Positions 61,197 to 64,000 of a stretch of DNA of 64,000 nt are shown here, in pieces. Below the pieces are notes generated by a model that worked only from the letters and a program-made list of their open reading frames with translations, was not told where the DNA came from and ran no database searches. Source of the DNA: an uncultured Candidatus Peribacteria bacterium (lineage in GTDB: Bacteria; Patescibacteriota; Gracilibacteria; BD1-5; UBA2023); the NCBI GenBank assembly GCA_964482035.1, contig CAYZVC010000004.1, positions 19,572 through 83,571 of the forward strand. The letters are read 5' to 3'. Numbering within the stretch: position 1 is the first letter of the stretch; each line of letters opens with the position of its first letter. Both the position numbers and the translations under genes were made by a program.

Positions 61197-62336
61197 ATGC
61201 AGAAGAAAAACGCAAGCCTCATCCTCGCCGGAACCCTCGCGGCCTCGGCTCTCGGAGCCCACGCGTTCGCGAACTCCGAAATGGAATCCTCTTCGGATTC
61301 TTCGTCTTCCTACGAACGGTCGCAATCAAGCGACTATTGGGAAGCGAAAAAAGCGGAAATGCAGAAAAGGTCTTCCGAAATGCGTGCGAAGAAGGTGGCG
61401 GAACTTAAAGAAAAGGGGCTCGACGTTTCGTCGATCACCCCGGATCTCCTCGACGCGACCAAAACGGACGAGGGAAAATTCTGGGACGCGGTCAAAAAGA
61501 TTATGAACGCCCACGAAATCGAAGCCCGTCGCGCCTTCCTCGAAAAACTCAAAGCCCAGGGCGTAGACGTTTCGTCCATTACCGAAGACGTCATCGCCGA
61601 CGGTTCGAAATTCTGGGAGGCAGTGAAGAAACTCCAGAAAACGGGTTCGGGATCGACGTCCGGAAACGGCGCTCCCCTTGGGGGCGAGCTCAAAGAATAT
61701 CTCCGCGCCGACATTACGTCCGAAGAGATGAAGGCGCTCATGGCGACCATGGAAGAGCTCGGAAAATCCACGAAGTACGTATTGGACAATAAAACCCTGT
61801 CCGTCGAAGAAAAGGTTTCGAAAATCGTGGAACTCCATAAGGCGAACATGGAAACCCTCATCGCGAAATACGTCGATCCGGCCAAGGCGGACGCGTTCCG
61901 TGTGAAATCCGAAAAAATGCTCACCGAAGTCGCCGCCTATGTCAAGAAAGCACTCGAAAACGGAAAAAACCTTCCGCCCAAGTACGACGACCGCAAACCC
62001 CAGGAACAGGAAAGGAAGAAGAACGTTCCGAAAGAACGCGAAGACAAGAAGCCGCCGGTAATCATGCAGAAGGCCAATCCTCTTTCTCCGAAACTCCGCA
62101 AATCGCTCGAAACCAAGCTCCGTGCGATTCCGGATGAGAAGAAGGACGAATTCTACCAGCGTGCGAAAACCGTAATCGGCGCGCAGATCGAAAAAGCGAA
62201 AACCGCCGGCAATGCCAAGCTCGTCGCGAAACTCGAAGCCGTCATGGCTATCGTCGAAGACGTGCTCGGACCCGTCGACGGCGAAGATTCGGCAATCATC
62301 GACGCGATCTTCAACTCCGGTTCTACCACTCAGTAA
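61197..62336 (+). CDS. secreted helical hypothetical protein (379 aa)
   Basis: Signal peptide MQKKNASLILAGTLAASALGAHA; internal duplicated K(G)xDVSSIT.D....(S)KFW.AVKK segment; TAA stop. Confidence 0.65.
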   Translation: MQKKNASLILAGTLAASALGAHAFANSEMESSSDSSSSYERSQSSDYWEAKKAEMQKRSSEMRAKKVAELKEKGLDVSSITPDLLDATKTDEGKFWDAVKKIMNAHEIEARRAFLEKLKAQGVDVSSITEDVIADGSKFWEAVKKLQKTGSGSTSGNGAPLGGELKEYLRADITSEEMKALMATMEELGKSTKYVLDNKTLSVEEKVSKIVELHKANMETLIAKYVDPAKADAFRVKSEKMLTEVAAYVKKALENGKNLPPKYDDRKPQEQERKKNVPKEREDKKPPVIMQKANPLSPKLRKSLETKLRAIPDEKKDEFYQRAKTVIGAQIEKAKTAGNAKLVAKLEAVMAIVEDVLGPVDGEDSAIIDAIFNSGSTTQ

Positions 62337-62351
62337 AAACGTCGAATTTCG

Positions 62352-62381
62352 AAAATCCCCGGGACGTCCCGGGGATTTTTC
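62352..62381 (+). terminator. intrinsic terminator
   Basis: AATCCCCGGG-ACGT-CCCGGGGATT followed by TTT. Confidence 0.75.
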
Positions 62382-62451
62382 TGACTTTTTCGTCACGTTC
62401 GGTACAATCTTTCCGTCATACCGGGTGCGACCGCACGAATTATTCAAAAAC

Positions 62452-63021
62452 ATGACCGACACCGCCAAGATCGAGGAAGCGGCGAAATCATTCAACTCTG
62501 GCGACCGACGCTCGTTCGGTACCGTTTTCGACGCGCTTTCCGAAGATATTTTCCGATACGTCGGATACCGCGTGGAAGATCCGCTCGAACGTGAAGAAAT
62601 CGTCTCCGACGTCTTCTTCAAAATCCTCAAGAGTGGAAAACTCCCCGAAGAATGGGAATCCGTCCGCCGTTTCGCCTACGCCGTCGCGAAAAACGCCGTC
62701 ATCGACCGCTACCGTTCGAAAAAGTTCACCGACGATCTCGACGACGCCGATTCGATGGGAAAGATCAGCCACAGCGAAAACCATTCGGCCAATATCGACG
62801 ACCGCGCGACCGTCGAAAAAATCCTCGGCTACCTCGACACCGTGAATCCCGAATACAAAGAAATCCTCATTCTCAGGATTTGGGACGACCTCGCCTACGA
62901 AGACATCTCGCAGATTACCGGAAAATCCGTCGACAACTGCAAAAAGATCGTCTCGCGGATGCTCGAAAACGTACGTTCCAACGTGGCGTACCTGTTTTTC
63001 TTCGCGCTCCTCATCCGATAA
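62452..63021 (+). CDS. ECF-type sigma-70 family RNA polymerase sigma factor
   Basis: Region 2 (IVSDVFFKILK...FAYAVAKNAVIDRYR) and region 4 HTH (YKEILILRIWDDLAYEDISQITGKSVDNCKKIVSR). Confidence 0.85.
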   Translation: MTDTAKIEEAAKSFNSGDRRSFGTVFDALSEDIFRYVGYRVEDPLEREEIVSDVFFKILKSGKLPEEWESVRRFAYAVAKNAVIDRYRSKKFTDDLDDADSMGKISHSENHSANIDDRATVEKILGYLDTVNPEYKEILILRIWDDLAYEDISQITGKSVDNCKKIVSRMLENVRSNVAYLFFFALLIR

Positions 63022-63031
63022 ATTTCCGAAC

Positions 63032-64000
63032 ATGAAAATCCACGACGCTCGGAAAATCCTCTCCGAATTGAAAGACGTCCACGGCTTCGTTTCCGCCGAC
63101 GATGAAAAGACCCTCGACCTCATTTTCAAAATGGTCGCGGGCAAACCGAAGGTCGAAGCCGATCCGCGGTTTTTGGAAAATCTCAGGAGCCGGCTGCTTC
63201 TCGAAGCCTCGGCACCGGCGGCTTCGCCATGGTGGAAAACCTGGCAGTCCTTCGCGAAGTTCCTTTCGGTTCCGGTAGCGCTTGCGGGAATCGCGGCCAT
63301 CGCCGGCACGCTCGGGTTCTTGGACATCGGAAAACAACCGGAACGAACCCGGGAACCTTCCGTTCCGGTAACGGCCGTATCCACCGATAGCGACAAGGCC
63401 GCACCGGTTGCCGTCGCTCCGGATAACGAAACGCCGTCGGGCGAAACCGCACGGGCTCCGGCCGGAGCCACCGCCCCGAAGACGAACCCCCTCCCGTCCC
63501 TCAGGGGCACGGAAACCGTGAAAACCGACGCGGGTACGAAACCGGTGAATCCGTCGAAAAGCGAAGCGGCCGACCGTACGCTCGAAAGCGTCGATTCGGG
63601 AATCTCCAACATCGTCGGAGACGCTGCCGAAAGCACGACCACTGCCATTCCGATGGCGGATTCGGCGGACTTTTCCGCCCCGATGGCCATGACTTCGCCC
63701 GCCGGCGGAAGCGCCCTGAAAATGGCCAACCCCTCGAACGTCGCGGTTACCGAATACCGCTATTCCTTCGCGGGCGAACTTCCGAAAATCTCGACGGCGC
63801 TCCCGACGTACGAGCGCGTTCCGAAATCCCCGCTCCCGGCTTTCTCCAAGGCCGCCTGAATGGGGATGACGGTTTCCCAAGACGCGGAAAACGGATATTC
63901 GACCGTCATGCGCGATTACGAGAAATGGCCGGAAACGCCGTGCCAAGGCGATTCGTGCGGAAAGGTCTTGAAAGAAAGCGACGTTCCCGCGGACTCCGTC
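63032..64000 (+). CDS. single-pass membrane protein downstream of the ECF sigma (putative anti-sigma factor), runs off the window
   Basis: Short cytoplasmic N-terminus, TM helix FLSVPVALAGIAAIAGTLGFL, Pro/Ala/Thr-rich linker; continues through TGA 63857-63859 to the window end. Confidence 0.55.

Noticed and set aside
1-64000. CRISPR arrays, rRNA genes and additional tRNAs
   Set aside because: I saw no regularly spaced direct repeats and no rRNA-like conserved blocks. Only one cloverleaf, tRNA-Cys, could be folded by eye.

Overview
This 64-kb chromosomal window comes from a bacterium that reads TGA as glycine (translation table 25, the Gracilibacteria / Absconditabacteria-SR1 code). The standard-code ORF track cuts most long genes into pieces. 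The pieces always share one frame, and the joining TGAs fall on invariant glycines: RecF Walker A GPNGS-G-KT, HsdR LLTT-G-VDA, amidotransferase G-ICKGMQ and YmdB IF-G-DVF-G. Re-reading by eye with TGA=Gly gives about 80 features. Housekeeping genes are rpsT-infC-rpmI-rplT-yidD, gatC-recF, metG, a SAM-I riboswitch with metK, and tRNA-Cys. Envelope and transport genes include UbiA, PAP2, DedA, an AbrB / giant adaptor / RND pump operon, a Na+/H+ antiporter and a large Ig/FN3 surface protein. Two paralogous type IV pilin genes share an N-terminal module but carry unrelated C-terminal domains, one fibrinogen-like and one Gly-rich. A visibly AT-richer defence island sits next to tRNA-Cys. It holds a type I R-M system with a TAG-interrupted hsdR and a chimeric hsdS, a GHKL-ATPase / Shedu-like nuclease fusion, and two more PD-(D/E)xK genes. 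A 1120-aa NACHT STAND NTPase is followed by a cluster of Shine-Dalgarno-led micro-genes. The most unusual observation is that a handful of ORFs with canonical promoter, SD and terminator signals appear to end at TGA, in a genome where TGA is a sense codon. All calls rest on by-eye translation and recollection of family motifs; no searches or computations were run. Start codons and some boundaries are approximate.
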